Positions 19,017 to 28,384 are shown, counted from the stretch's first letter. The stretch: DNA of 64,000 nucleotides from an uncultured Bacteroidota bacterium (GCA_902802755.1 CADCNH010000001.1:262202-326201); one strand, 5' to 3'. Program-made: numbers and translations. The notes: a model not told the origin generated them from the letters alone.

Positions 19017-19598
19017 CTAGCACACCCCATAAACAATGCCCCCCACCACACCGCTCAGCAGTATCAGCAAAATGGGGCTGACTTTCTTTTTCAGACTAAG
19101 CAGGAAAACAATGGCGAAAATGGCAAGGCTGAGGTAAAACTGGAGGGGGGATTGGGACAGAGAACCAAAGTTGGCGGGAGTGGCCAAAAGCAATGCGGCG
19201 GCGGCAATCAGACCGAGAACCGTGATACGCAGACTGGAGAATACGTTTTTTATGTCCTTGTTGTCCTTGTGTTTCAGCAGATAGTGAGCCAGCAATAGCA
19301 TGAGGATGAAAGGCAGCAAAATTACTGAGAAGGAAGCCAAGAACGCACCTGCCACACCGAGCCATGGGTCGTAGCCGGCGTTGACTACCGCAGTATAACC
19401 TGCATAGGTGGCCACATTAATACCTATGGGTCCGGGGGTCATTTGGCTCACCGCCACAATGTCGGTGCACTCTTGGGCGGTCATCCAGGCCTGTTTTTCC
19501 ACCACTTCGTTCTGGATGAGGGCGATCATGGCGTAGCCGCCTCCGAAGTTGAAGATGCCGATTTTGCAGAAAGTGTAGAAAAGTTTCCAGAAAATCAT
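19017..19598 (-). CDS. chrA: chromate transporter family protein (short-chain CHR, second half of pair)
   Basis: 193 aa with FNFGGGYAMI and QMTPGPIGIN. Confidence 0.85.
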   Translation of the reverse strand: MIFWKLFYTFCKIGIFNFGGGYAMIALIQNEVVEKQAWMTAQECTDIVAVSQMTPGPIGINVATYAGYTAVVNAGYDPWLGVAGAFLASFSVILLPFILMLLLAHYLLKHKDNKDIKNVFSSLRITVLGLIAAAALLLATPANFGSLSQSPLQFYLSLAIFAIVFLLSLKKKVSPILLILLSGVVGGIVYGVC

Positions 19599-20146
19599 GC
19601 GGAAGCCTCCTTTCTGTCTTTAATCCGGCCATACAAGAAGCCGCCGACTCCTGCAATAATGATGATTAGGACGGGGGAAACGCCTAACAGCCATATCAGG
19701 GCTGCTGCCACCAATGGAATCCAGCAGTTTTGCCATGTGAGTCCTGCGTTTTTGGCCATGGTGAACACGGGGGCGGCAATGAGTGCTACCACGCAGGGAC
19801 GGATGCCCTTGAAGATGCTTTCTACCACAGCGTTATCACGAAAATAACGGATAAATATGGCTAAGAATAATATGGTCAGGATGGGCATCAGAATATTGCC
19901 TAATACAGACATAACGGCACCTCGTTTGCCTCGCAGGCGATAGCCGATGCTGGTGGCCATGTTCACGGCAAAAACGCCCGGCATGGCTTGGCTGACGGAT
20001 AGTAAATCCAGAAATTCCTCTTTGCTGAGCCATTGCTTACGCAAAACCAGCTCTTTCTCCATCAGCGGAATCATGGCAAAGCCTCCGCCAAGGGTGAAAC
20101 TGCCGATTTTGAAAAAAGACCAGAAAAGCTCGAGATAGCCAGCCAT
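19595..20146 (-). CDS. chrA: chromate transporter family protein (short-chain CHR, first half of pair)
   Basis: FTLGGGFAMIP and QAMPGVFAVN. It overlaps its partner by 4 nt. The start at MAGYLELF (20146) is preferred, because the longer ORF reads into the heptamer array. Confidence 0.85.
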   Translation of the reverse strand: MAGYLELFWSFFKIGSFTLGGGFAMIPLMEKELVLRKQWLSKEEFLDLLSVSQAMPGVFAVNMATSIGYRLRGKRGAVMSVLGNILMPILTILFLAIFIRYFRDNAVVESIFKGIRPCVVALIAAPVFTMAKNAGLTWQNCWIPLVAAALIWLLGVSPVLIIIIAGVGGFLYGRIKDRKEASA

Positions 20147-20151
20147 TACAG

Positions 20152-20228
20152 TTGATAGTTGACAGTTGATAGTTGACAATTGACAGTTGACAATTGACAG
20201 TTGACAATTGACAATTGGTGATTGATAT
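20152..20228. repeat. 11 tandem heptamers TTGA(C/T)A(G/A)
   Basis: ttgatag ttgacag ttgatag ttgacaa ttgacag ttgacaa ttgacag ttgacaa ttgacaa ttggtga ttgatat. It begins 6 nt upstream of the chrA start. Confidence 0.9.
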
Positions 20229-20269
20229 TTATAGGGCTGTCATATTATGGCAGCCGCCTTTTACACAAT

Positions 20270-20902
20270 TTACAAACGACTATCGATCACCTTCCAATCC
20301 ACAATCTGCCACAGGGCTGTGAGATGGTCGGCGCGGCGGTTCTGGAAATCTAAGTAGTAGGCGTGTTCCCACACGTCGAAGGTGAGCAGGGGTTGCAGGC
20401 CGCTGCGAACAGGATTGCCAGCATTGACTTCCTGGGTGATGACCAGTTTGCCGTCAGCGTTCAATGACAGCCATACCCAACCTGAACCGAAGAGGGATAC
20501 ACCCTTCTGCTCAAATTCTTTTTTGAAAGCGTCAACAGAACCGAAATCTCTGCTAATCAAATCTTTGATTTTGCCTTCGGGTTCGTGGTTGGCAGTGCCG
20601 AACTGCTCAAAATACATCGTGTGATTCAGTACCTGGCCGGCATTGTTGAACAGGCCGCCTTCGGATTTCTTCACCACCTCGGTCAAGGGCAGGTTTTCCA
20701 AGCCGCTGCCAGGTAATAATTTGTTCAGGTTGTCCACGTAGGCTTTCAGGTGTTTTCCATAGTGGAAACCAAAGGTGTTACCGCTGATAACGCCCAGTGT
20801 TTCAGGGTTGTATGGCAGAGTCATCATCTCGAAACTGCCGTTGTTGGGGAGGATTTCTTTCATTGTTGATGTATTTATTTGTTGAATTGTTGAATTTTTC
20901 AT
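20270..20902 (-). CDS. sod: Fe/Mn superoxide dismutase
   Basis: HYGKHLKAYVDNLN, NNAGQVLNHTMYF and DVWEHAYYLDFQNRR. The true start may be an internal Met (20863 or 20827). Confidence 0.9.
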   Translation of the reverse strand: MKNSTIQQINTSTMKEILPNNGSFEMMTLPYNPETLGVISGNTFGFHYGKHLKAYVDNLNKLLPGSGLENLPLTEVVKKSEGGLFNNAGQVLNHTMYFEQFGTANHEPEGKIKDLISRDFGSVDAFKKEFEQKGVSLFGSGWVWLSLNADGKLVITQEVNAGNPVRSGLQPLLTFDVWEHAYYLDFQNRRADHLTALWQIVDWKVIDSRL

Positions 20903-21067
20903 CCGTTTATACGTTAAGGCGTTAAGACATGCACTATGTGCTTTCGTGGAGACGAAACATGTTTTTCGTCTTCACGCCTCCGCGTCTATATGTCTCCACG
21001 ATTTTCACAGGACAAAAATACATATAATTTTTGAAATGCAAAACGTAAACAATTCAACAAAAAATTG

Positions 21068-21075
21068 TATCTTTG
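21068..21075 (+). promoter_or_regulatory. -7 promoter box (TATCTTTG) for pruA
   Basis: ~54 nt upstream of the ATG at 21129. Confidence 0.55.
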
Positions 21076-21128
21076 CACCCTCATAATCGAAACGTATTAT
21101 AAATCATTTTATTATAAACCCAATAATT

Positions 21129-22766
21129 ATGAATAACGCTTCATTTATTTTCAGAGAACCGAAGAACGAACCCGTTTTCGCTTACGCTCCGGGTTCACCC
21201 GAACGCAAACTGCTCAAGGAAGAGTTGGAAAGACAATTCAACCAAGTTGTGGAAATTCCCCTTATCATCGGTGGTAAGGAAGTGAAAACCGGCAACATGG
21301 GCACCGTGGTGATGCCAACCAACCACAAACATGTACTGGCCAAATACCACAAGGTGGGTGAAAAAGAAGTGAAAATGGCTATCGAAGCCGCTTTGGCCGC
21401 CAAAAAGCAGTGGGAAGATACTCCTTGGATTGAGAGAGCTTCCATCATGATGCGTATTGGCGAATTGCTGGCTAAGAAATACAGATATCTCATCAACGCC
21501 GCTACCATGCTGGGCCAGGGTAAGAACCCGATGCAGGCTGAAATCGACAGCGCATGCGAAACCATCGACTTCCTGCGCTTCAACACTTATTTCGCCTCCA
21601 AAATTTATACCCAGCAGCCTATCTCTGACAACACTACCTTGAACCGCAACGAGTTCAGAGCTATGGAAGGTTTTGTGTATGCGATTACTCCGTTCAACTT
21701 CACCTCTATCGCTCTTAACCTGAATATTTCACCTGTATTGATGGGTAATGTAACCATCTGGAAACCAGCTACTACAGCTATTTTGTCCAACTATTACCTG
21801 ATGAAGATTTTCAAAGAAGCAGGTCTTCCCGACGGCGTTATCAACTTCCTCCCGGGCAGCGGTTCCGTTATCAGCAAGGTGGCTTTCGCTTCTCCGCATT
21901 TGGCAGGTATCCATTTCACTGGCAGCACCAGCACTTTCAAGGCTTTCTGGAAAGAAATCGGCAAGAATATCGACAGTTACAGAACCTATCCGAAGATTGT
22001 CGGCGAAACCGGTGGTAAGGACTTTATCTTTGCTCACAAGTCAGCTGATCCTCGCGAATTGGCCGTGGCTATCGTTCGTGGCGCTTTCGAGTTCCAAGGT
22101 CAGAAGTGCTCCGCCGCTTCTCGTGCTTATATCCCGAAATCATTGTGGGATGAGACTTTGGCTCATGTGAAAGACATGATGAAGACCGTGAAGGTGGGTG
22201 ATGTGTTCGATTTCACCAACTTCGTGAATGCTGTTATTGACGAAAAATCCTTCGACAACATCGCTGGTTATATCGACAGAGCCAAGAAATCCAGAAAGGC
22301 TAAAATCGTGTTGGGTGGCAAGTATGACAAGAAAGTGGGTTATTTCATTGATCCAACTATCATCGTTACCACCGATCCTCATTACGAAGCCATTCAGGAA
22401 GAAATGTTTGGTCCCGTTATCACCGTTTATGTATATGATGACGAGAAATACATTGAAACCCTGCACCTCTGCGACGAGACTTCACCTTACGCATTGACAG
22501 GTTCTATCTTCGCTAAATGCAGATACGCTATCCTCGAAGCCGAGAATATCTTGCGTCATGCCGCCGGCAACTTCTACATTAACGACAAGCCGACAGGCGC
22601 AGTAGTGGGCAACCAGCCCTTCGGTGGTGCCAGAGCTTCCGGTACCAACGACAAGGCCGGTAGCGAGCTGAACCTCTACAGATGGATCAGTACCCGCTCC
22701 ATCAAGGAAACCTTCTGTCCTCCTACAGAATATGGTTATCCTTTCCTGCTTCCTGACAATAAATAA
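21129..22766 (+). CDS. pruA: L-glutamate gamma-semialdehyde (1-pyrroline-5-carboxylate) dehydrogenase
   Basis: 545 aa of the aldehyde dehydrogenase family, with VGETGGKDF and FEFQGQKCSAASR (catalytic Cys). Confidence 0.9.
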   Translation: MNNASFIFREPKNEPVFAYAPGSPERKLLKEELERQFNQVVEIPLIIGGKEVKTGNMGTVVMPTNHKHVLAKYHKVGEKEVKMAIEAALAAKKQWEDTPWIERASIMMRIGELLAKKYRYLINAATMLGQGKNPMQAEIDSACETIDFLRFNTYFASKIYTQQPISDNTTLNRNEFRAMEGFVYAITPFNFTSIALNLNISPVLMGNVTIWKPATTAILSNYYLMKIFKEAGLPDGVINFLPGSGSVISKVAFASPHLAGIHFTGSTSTFKAFWKEIGKNIDSYRTYPKIVGETGGKDFIFAHKSADPRELAVAIVRGAFEFQGQKCSAASRAYIPKSLWDETLAHVKDMMKTVKVGDVFDFTNFVNAVIDEKSFDNIAGYIDRAKKSRKAKIVLGGKYDKKVGYFIDPTIIVTTDPHYEAIQEEMFGPVITVYVYDDEKYIETLHLCDETSPYALTGSIFAKCRYAILEAENILRHAAGNFYINDKPTGAVVGNQPFGGARASGTNDKAGSELNLYRWISTRSIKETFCPPTEYGYPFLLPDNK

Positions 22767-22775
22767 TATGGGGTA

Positions 22776-23534
22776 ATGAATCAGTTAACCGCTGTTATTA
22801 TTACCTTTAATGAAGAGCGGAATATCGCTCGATGTTTGCAATCAATCCACACCATCGCCGACGAGGTGGTGGTTGTGGATTCTTTGTCAACAGACCGCAC
22901 CCAGGAGATCTGCGAGCAGTTCGGGGTGCGTTTCGTGTCACATCCATGGGAGGGCTATGCCATGCAGAAAAATTATGCCCATACCATAGCTTCCCACGAT
23001 TTGATTCTGTCAATGGATGCCGATGAGGCTCTGTCGGAGGAACTGATAGCCTCTATCGCTGAGGTGAAAAAACAAAATGTGGAGCATAAAGTTTTTTCGA
23101 TGAACCGGCTGATGAATTACTGTGGCACATGGATTCATCACGGGGGCTGGTATCCGGAGACCAAAATCAGGATTTTTGACCGCCGCTATGCGGAGTGGGA
23201 GAATCTCAAAGTTCATGAGGTGCTTAAATATCCTGCCGATTTCGAGGTGGTTCATCTGAAAGGAGACATTCTGCACTACTCCTATTACACTGTGGAAGAG
23301 CATCAGCGGCAGTTCGACAAGTTCGCTACTTTATGGGCGGAAGGCGCTTACGAGCGCGGCAAAAAAGTAACAATGGCGGGCGCTTACCTGCACGCTTTCT
23401 GGCGTTTTGTGCGTGATTACATTCTCAAAGCCGGCTTCCTCGACGGTCGCTACGGCTGGATTATCGCCAAAATCAACGCCGACAATGTGCTTAAAAAGTA
23501 CAAACAGACCATCGCGTTGTACAAGCAAGCGTAA
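22776..23534 (+). CDS. glycosyltransferase family 2
   Basis: 252 aa with AVIITFNEERNI, VVVDSLSTDRT and MDADE (DxD). Confidence 0.85.
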   Translation: MNQLTAVIITFNEERNIARCLQSIHTIADEVVVVDSLSTDRTQEICEQFGVRFVSHPWEGYAMQKNYAHTIASHDLILSMDADEALSEELIASIAEVKKQNVEHKVFSMNRLMNYCGTWIHHGGWYPETKIRIFDRRYAEWENLKVHEVLKYPADFEVVHLKGDILHYSYYTVEEHQRQFDKFATLWAEGAYERGKKVTMAGAYLHAFWRFVRDYILKAGFLDGRYGWIIAKINADNVLKKYKQTIALYKQA

Positions 23535-23571
23535 GCTAACAGCAACACGCAAAATCTTATTCTGTATTACA

Positions 23572-23641
23572 TTAACTAATTTGCTAATTTACTAATTTGC
23601 TAATTTGCTAATTTACTAATTAATTGGCACATTAGCACATT
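23572..23641. repeat. 8-mer tandem array (TTGCTAAT/TTACTAAT x6, then ATTGGCAC/ATTAGCAC inverted)
   Basis: ttaactaatttgctaatttactaatttgctaatttgctaatttactaattaattggcacattagcacatt, between convergent genes. Confidence 0.85.
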
Positions 23642-23644
23642 TTA

Positions 23645-25531
23645 TTAATGTATGTAATAGTCGTATATTTCCTGCAGCCTTCCGGCGGATTCTTCCAAGC
23701 CCCCCTCACGGTTGCGGACAATCCATAGTTTTTTGTGACGTTCGATGAGCGGTTTCAGTTCTTTGGCTAATTCCTGACGTTTGGCTATGGGAATGCTTTT
23801 GGTGTCGTTGCCCTTGACGCTGAGTCGCGCGATGCCAAGGTGGATACCATGTTTGGCCAAGTGAGAGGCTTGTTCCAATTCCTCGATGACAATCTTGGCA
23901 TCGTGGCATTGAGGTTTGGCATGATGCAGCATTACGACTGCCGAATCAATGATTTTCTCGGCATTCCGCAAGGGAGTGATTTTCATCTCGCGGGTTTGGT
24001 AATTGCCCTTCATGGTCCATTTGTAGCGATGTAGCATCAGGTGAAAGGCATTGGCCACGCCTTCGGGAATATTGGTCACATCGCAGGCTGTGCCCAGTTT
24101 CAGCACGGCTTTGCCAGTCAATCCCGTTTTGTCTTTAAAAATATAGTGATTTAACTGAAATTCAAGTGATTTCAGTGCTGTGGTGTCCAAATTCCAGGCG
24201 TAGCTGCAGCCGATAAGCATGCCGGCATGACATACCGACAGAGGCTGCCAGTGGCCGTAATCGCCCCAATTGGTGGTGAGCATACCTTTGGCACCATACT
24301 GACGGCCATAATAAGCGGCATTGTAAATGTTGGCGAAGGCAATGCTGTTGCGGCCAATCAGCGAACGCCAGGTGGAGGTGCCAGGGCAGACATAAAAGTC
24401 CAAACCAGCGTTTTGGAAGTCGGGCAATACCTTGTTGAAGTCGTAATCTCGGTCGTAACCCCACACGAGGGCAATCATATTTTTAGGTAATTGGGGGATC
24501 AGCTCCGGATGGTTAATGACAATATCACCCCAGAACATGGTGGTGTGACCTAATTCATTCACTTCGTTGTTCAGTTTGCACAAATATTCGAGATACACAT
24601 TGCCAATACCTTTTGCATCGCAAACGGCTTTGGAATTGCCCAAACCCAGCTCCACGGTTTCGTCGCAGCCGATATTGAAATACTGGCTGCTGAAATTGGG
24701 CAAAAGTTCAGCATAGAGTTCCTGCATCAGCTTGAAAGACTTGGGATTGGTGGGGTCGAGGCTGGTGAGACTGCGCTTGCCCCATTTGGTGGCGCAGTCG
24801 GTGGGGCACTCGGCCAGCTCTTTGTAACGATCGTGTCGCAGCCAGTTTTCCATGTGCCCGAATGAGTTCTGATTAGGCACTAAATCGATGAAACGTTCAC
24901 GGCAGTAATTGTCCAAATCGCGGATTTCTTCCGCAGTCATCGGAGAGCAGCCTTCCCAAGCGTCTTGATGATTCTTGTAAGCAAAGGTATGTTCGATGTA
25001 CAATTGAAATTCGTTGATTTTCCATGCTGCCAGCAAATCGACAATCTGGTACAGCGTTTCCATCTTAGGCACCTTGTTGCGGCTGATGTCCAGCATGTAG
25101 CCGCGTCGCTCGAAATCGGGAACGTCATGGATGACGAGACAGGGCAGGGTAGTGTTTTCTGTGAGGGCGTATTCTATGAGTTGCAGCAGGGTGCGGGTGC
25201 CGAAAAATACCGCGGCCGGGTCGCCACCAAAGATTTCGATTTTGTCGATATGGATGCTCAAACCGTATTCCTGAGGATGGAGTTTTGGAGTAACCGTCAT
25301 GCTCAGATAGGGTAATTGTTTGGATTCGTTGGGATTTAACAAGTTGTGCTGACGGAGAGACAACAGGAAATGTTGGCAGTGTCTCAGCTGCTCTTCCGAC
25401 AGGTTGTTTTTCTCCCGAAGCCGTGTCAGTTCTTTCGGAATAGGGGTTAAATAATCTTCTATAAGTCTATTTTGTGCTGCTGCGGTCAGCACAGTGCAAC
25501 AGCAAATCAGAAGTATCAATAATCGTTTCAT
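23645..25531 (-). CDS. GH20 beta-N-acetylhexosaminidase
   Basis: 628 aa with a signal peptide, DVPDFERRGYMLDISRN and FNIGCDE (catalytic D-E). Confidence 0.85.
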   Translation of the reverse strand: MKRLLILLICCCTVLTAAAQNRLIEDYLTPIPKELTRLREKNNLSEEQLRHCQHFLLSLRQHNLLNPNESKQLPYLSMTVTPKLHPQEYGLSIHIDKIEIFGGDPAAVFFGTRTLLQLIEYALTENTTLPCLVIHDVPDFERRGYMLDISRNKVPKMETLYQIVDLLAAWKINEFQLYIEHTFAYKNHQDAWEGCSPMTAEEIRDLDNYCRERFIDLVPNQNSFGHMENWLRHDRYKELAECPTDCATKWGKRSLTSLDPTNPKSFKLMQELYAELLPNFSSQYFNIGCDETVELGLGNSKAVCDAKGIGNVYLEYLCKLNNEVNELGHTTMFWGDIVINHPELIPQLPKNMIALVWGYDRDYDFNKVLPDFQNAGLDFYVCPGTSTWRSLIGRNSIAFANIYNAAYYGRQYGAKGMLTTNWGDYGHWQPLSVCHAGMLIGCSYAWNLDTTALKSLEFQLNHYIFKDKTGLTGKAVLKLGTACDVTNIPEGVANAFHLMLHRYKWTMKGNYQTREMKITPLRNAEKIIDSAVVMLHHAKPQCHDAKIVIEELEQASHLAKHGIHLGIARLSVKGNDTKSIPIAKRQELAKELKPLIERHKKLWIVRNREGGLEESAGRLQEIYDYYIH

Positions 25532-25629
25532 TGTTGTTCAAAAAAATACAAAATAACAAAAAGATTTCAGAAGAAAATAATGTTGAAGAAAAAAGTTATC
25601 CATACTTGATATTCAATAAAAGAAATTGC

Positions 25630-25637
25630 TATTTTTG
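25630..25637 (+). promoter_or_regulatory. -7 promoter box (TATTTTTG) for the hydrogenase-associated regulatory genes
   Basis: ~48 nt upstream of the ATG at 25685. Confidence 0.5.
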
Positions 25638-25684
25638 CAAATTGAATTGAAAAAATCTATCGTTAAACAAAATATTGAACCGAC

Positions 25685-26032
25685 ATGAAAATAGGTGAGA
25701 TTGTCCATCTGATTGATGGACAAATAATAGAAGGTGAACAATACAAGGATCGTGAGATAACAAAAATATTCGCTTCCGACCTGATGAGCGATGTGCTGAC
25801 TATTGACACAGACGAACAACTGCTGTTGCTTACGGGCTTGTGCAACAACCAGTCGATGCGAACTTGTGAGATGTCTGACATCAAAAACGTGATTTTTGTA
25901 CGCGACAAGAAGGCGACCGAGGAAATGTTGGAAATTGCCCGCGACAACGAAATGATATTGATCCAGACTCCGTATTCCATGTACCGTACGGCAGGCATCT
26001 TATACAGCAAAGAACTACCGCCTGTTTATTAA
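25685..26032 (+). CDS. DRTGG domain protein
   Basis: 115 aa with ASDLMSDVLT, LLLTGL and EMSDIKNVIFVR. This type is commonly found next to [FeFe]-hydrogenase operons. Confidence 0.75.
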   Translation: MKIGEIVHLIDGQIIEGEQYKDREITKIFASDLMSDVLTIDTDEQLLLLTGLCNNQSMRTCEMSDIKNVIFVRDKKATEEMLEIARDNEMILIQTPYSMYRTAGILYSKELPPVY

Positions 26033-26044
26033 AAAGACTAAAAA

Positions 26045-26461
26045 ATGAATTTTGAATATAAAGTTGAAGGAGGTGACTTCACCAATGCCGGTTCCACCTC
26101 CAGTATCGTAAAAAAAATGATGAAGCAATTGGGTGTGCACCCTGACATCGTAAAGCGCACTGTCGTTGCGTTGTACGAGGCAGAGGTGAATATCGTGGCC
26201 CATGCGAATCGTGGGGTGATTTATGTGGATTTGGATGAAAATAAGGTCTATATCAAGTTGGAAGACGAAGGTAAAGGTATCCCCGATATCGACCAGGCCA
26301 TGCAGAAGGGCTATTCCACCGCTTCACCTGAAGTGCGCGAAATGGGCTTCGGCGCCGGTATGGGTCTGCCCAACATTAAATCCAATACCGATGAACTTAA
26401 AATCAGCTCGGTTGTGGGCAAAGGAACTACGGTAGAAATCACCAACTACTTCAATAAATAA
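26045..26461 (+). CDS. GHKL/HATPase_c ATP-binding protein (anti-sigma-factor-kinase-like)
   Basis: 138 aa. N box EAEVNIVAHA, G1 DEGKGIPD, G2 GFGAGMGLPN. Confidence 0.8.
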   Translation: MNFEYKVEGGDFTNAGSTSSIVKKMMKQLGVHPDIVKRTVVALYEAEVNIVAHANRGVIYVDLDENKVYIKLEDEGKGIPDIDQAMQKGYSTASPEVREMGFGAGMGLPNIKSNTDELKISSVVGKGTTVEITNYFNK

Positions 26462-26467
26462 CAGACT

Positions 26468-27838
26468 ATGGAATCTTTTCACCATGCACTGAATTTCAAG
26501 TACGATCTCTGTATCGGCTGCTCGCATTGCACAAGTGTCTGTCCCACAGGAGCTATCCATATCGAGAACGGCTCTCCTGTGCTGGACACGAACCGCTGCG
26601 TTGACTGTGGGCGTTGCTATTTGGCTTGCCCAGTGAACGCCATCTATATTGAGCAGGATGACTTCCAGACTATCTATAATTACAAGTGCCCCGTGGTGTT
26701 GATTCCTTCCATTTTCAGTGCGCAGTTTCCTGAAAAAATCAGTCAGTGTGCCATACTTTCCGCCATCTATCACTTGGGGTTCAAGTATGTGTATGAGGTA
26801 GAGAAAAGCGTGGATTTCATTAGGGAGGTGATTAAAGAACAGATAGAAAGCGGAGAAAGGGAAAAGCCTATCATTTCTTCTTTCTGTCCTGCTGTCGTGC
26901 GTCTGATTCAGGTGAAGTACCCCTCTTTGGTGCCCAATATCTTGCCTGTGCGCACGCCCTTGGATTTGACCACCTTGTACATCCGCAAGCGACTCACCGA
27001 CCAAGGTATTCCCGCTGAGGACATCGGCATTTTCTATGTGACTCCTTGTGCCGCAAAAATTGCCGCCGTGAAGAGTCCTGTGGGTGAAGAAAAAATGCCC
27101 GTGGAAGGCGTTATTAATATGAACTACCTGTATAACAAGGTTTTCCGTGTGATAAAAGAAGGTGTTTACAAGTTGCGGGAAGATGAATTTGACTTCCATC
27201 CGATTTCACAAAACAGTCTGTATTTTACCTTGACGGGTGGAGAAATTAAAGATATGGAAGTGGGACGAAATTTGGCGATAGACGAGATTCACAATGTATC
27301 TGAATTCTTGGAGAAACTTGAGGATGAGGACATCGACAATATCGACTATCTGGAACTGCGCGCCTGTGATGAAAGCTGCGCGGGCGGTATTCTATGTGCC
27401 GGTAACCGTTTTCTTATAGAAGACCGCCAAAAGAAACGTGCCCAGGGCAAACCCAAGACGGTTACACCCGAGGAGAACAAATTACTGAATTATTTCCCAT
27501 ATTTGCGTGAGAATCTGAAGGTTGGCAAAGTGGCCCCACGTTCAATGGATAAATTGGACGATAATATTGCCATTGCTATGAGGAAGATGAAACGCTCGTT
27601 CGAAATCAATGAGGATTTGCCGCAAGTGGATTGCCGTATCTGCGGTTACCAGACCTGCAAGGCCTTCTCGGAAGCTATTGTCAACAACGAGGCCGATGTG
27701 CGCCAATGTATTTTCGTTCAGCGCATTCTGGAACAAACCGACAAGCTCACCACCCCCGAAGCGTTAAAGCTAATGCGCAAAGTATGGGGTGAGAAAAAGA
27801 TCGAAAAACACAGCATCAAACACCTGGATTTGGAGTAA
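26468..27838 (+). CDS. [FeFe]-hydrogenase-like sensory/regulatory protein (2x[4Fe-4S] + H-domain-like + C-terminal Fe-S motif)
   Basis: CIGCSHCTSVCP and CVDCGRCYLACP ferredoxin motifs. H-cluster-like motifs SSFCP (26882-26890; the first Cys of TSCCP is replaced by Phe), TPCAAK and ELRACDESCAGG. C-terminal CRICGYQTC...C. Confidence 0.75.
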   Translation: MESFHHALNFKYDLCIGCSHCTSVCPTGAIHIENGSPVLDTNRCVDCGRCYLACPVNAIYIEQDDFQTIYNYKCPVVLIPSIFSAQFPEKISQCAILSAIYHLGFKYVYEVEKSVDFIREVIKEQIESGEREKPIISSFCPAVVRLIQVKYPSLVPNILPVRTPLDLTTLYIRKRLTDQGIPAEDIGIFYVTPCAAKIAAVKSPVGEEKMPVEGVINMNYLYNKVFRVIKEGVYKLREDEFDFHPISQNSLYFTLTGGEIKDMEVGRNLAIDEIHNVSEFLEKLEDEDIDNIDYLELRACDESCAGGILCAGNRFLIEDRQKKRAQGKPKTVTPEENKLLNYFPYLRENLKVGKVAPRSMDKLDDNIAIAMRKMKRSFEINEDLPQVDCRICGYQTCKAFSEAIVNNEADVRQCIFVQRILEQTDKLTTPEALKLMRKVWGEKKIEKHSIKHLDLE

Positions 27839-27893
27839 TTTTTTTATTCCAAAAAATCCCTGTTATTATTTGTATTATTCGGAAAAAATTTTG

Positions 27894-27901
27894 TACCTTT
27901 G
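27894..27901 (+). promoter_or_regulatory. -7 promoter box (TACCTTTG) for the hydrogenase structural operon
   Basis: 88 nt upstream of the ATG at 27989. It lies inside the over-long ORF-track start (27899). Confidence 0.5.
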
Positions 27902-27988
27902 CACCCTGATTTAAGGAGGCATTATCGGACTTCGTGTCTTCTTGAAAATACAGGCAAAAAGGAGTCCCCTACTAACAAAAAAATTAAC

Positions 27989-28384
27989 ATGGATAAAATT
28001 AAATCGTTAGCAGATTTGAAAAAGAAGAGAGAAGAACTCCAATCTAACCTCAAGCTGCGCGAAAGCGGTGACAACGTGGAGAACATGATCCAGATCAAAG
28101 TCGCCATGGCTACTTGCGGTATTGCTTCAGGAGCAAAACAAGTGATGGAAACTCTCATCGAAGAATGCAACAAGAAAAATGTTCAGGCTGTTGTCACACA
28201 GACCGGTTGCATGGGTTATTGCTATGCAGAACCTACCGTTGAAGTTAAAAAACCAGGTGCTGATCCCATTGTGTTTGGTTATGTAAATCAGGCCAAAGCC
28301 GTTGACTTGGTAGATAAATACATCCTCAACAATGAGTTGCTGGAAGGTATCATTCCTGTTAATTACGAAAAAATAGATAAATAA
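27989..28384 (+). CDS. thioredoxin-like [2Fe-2S] ferredoxin domain protein
   Basis: VAMATCGIASGA and GCMGYCYAEPTVEV. Start chosen at MDKIKSL. Confidence 0.8.
   Translation: MDKIKSLADLKKKREELQSNLKLRESGDNVENMIQIKVAMATCGIASGAKQVMETLIEECNKKNVQAVVTQTGCMGYCYAEPTVEVKKPGADPIVFGYVNQAKAVDLVDKYILNNELLEGIIPVNYEKIDK

Noticed and set aside
20152-20228. TTGACA heptamers as stacked sigma-70 -35 boxes
   Set aside because: Promoters in this window follow the Bacteroidota TTTG / TAnnTTTG pattern. Eleven phased copies with no matching -10 element argue for a repeat element or binding array, not -35 boxes.
26324-27199. 291-aa ORF on the minus strand
   Set aside because: It is antisense to the HydA-like sensor gene and the HATPase gene. 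The composition is His/Arg/Val-rich and implausible, with no motif.
27899-27988. Longer N-terminal extensions offered by the ORF track (27899 for the ferredoxin-like gene, 31918 for hydC, 5618 for gmk, 10122 for DPP-IV, 20179 for chrA)
   Set aside because: The extensions run through promoter boxes, intergenic hairpins or repeats, or the upstream gene. They precede obvious native N-termini such as signal peptides or conserved starts.
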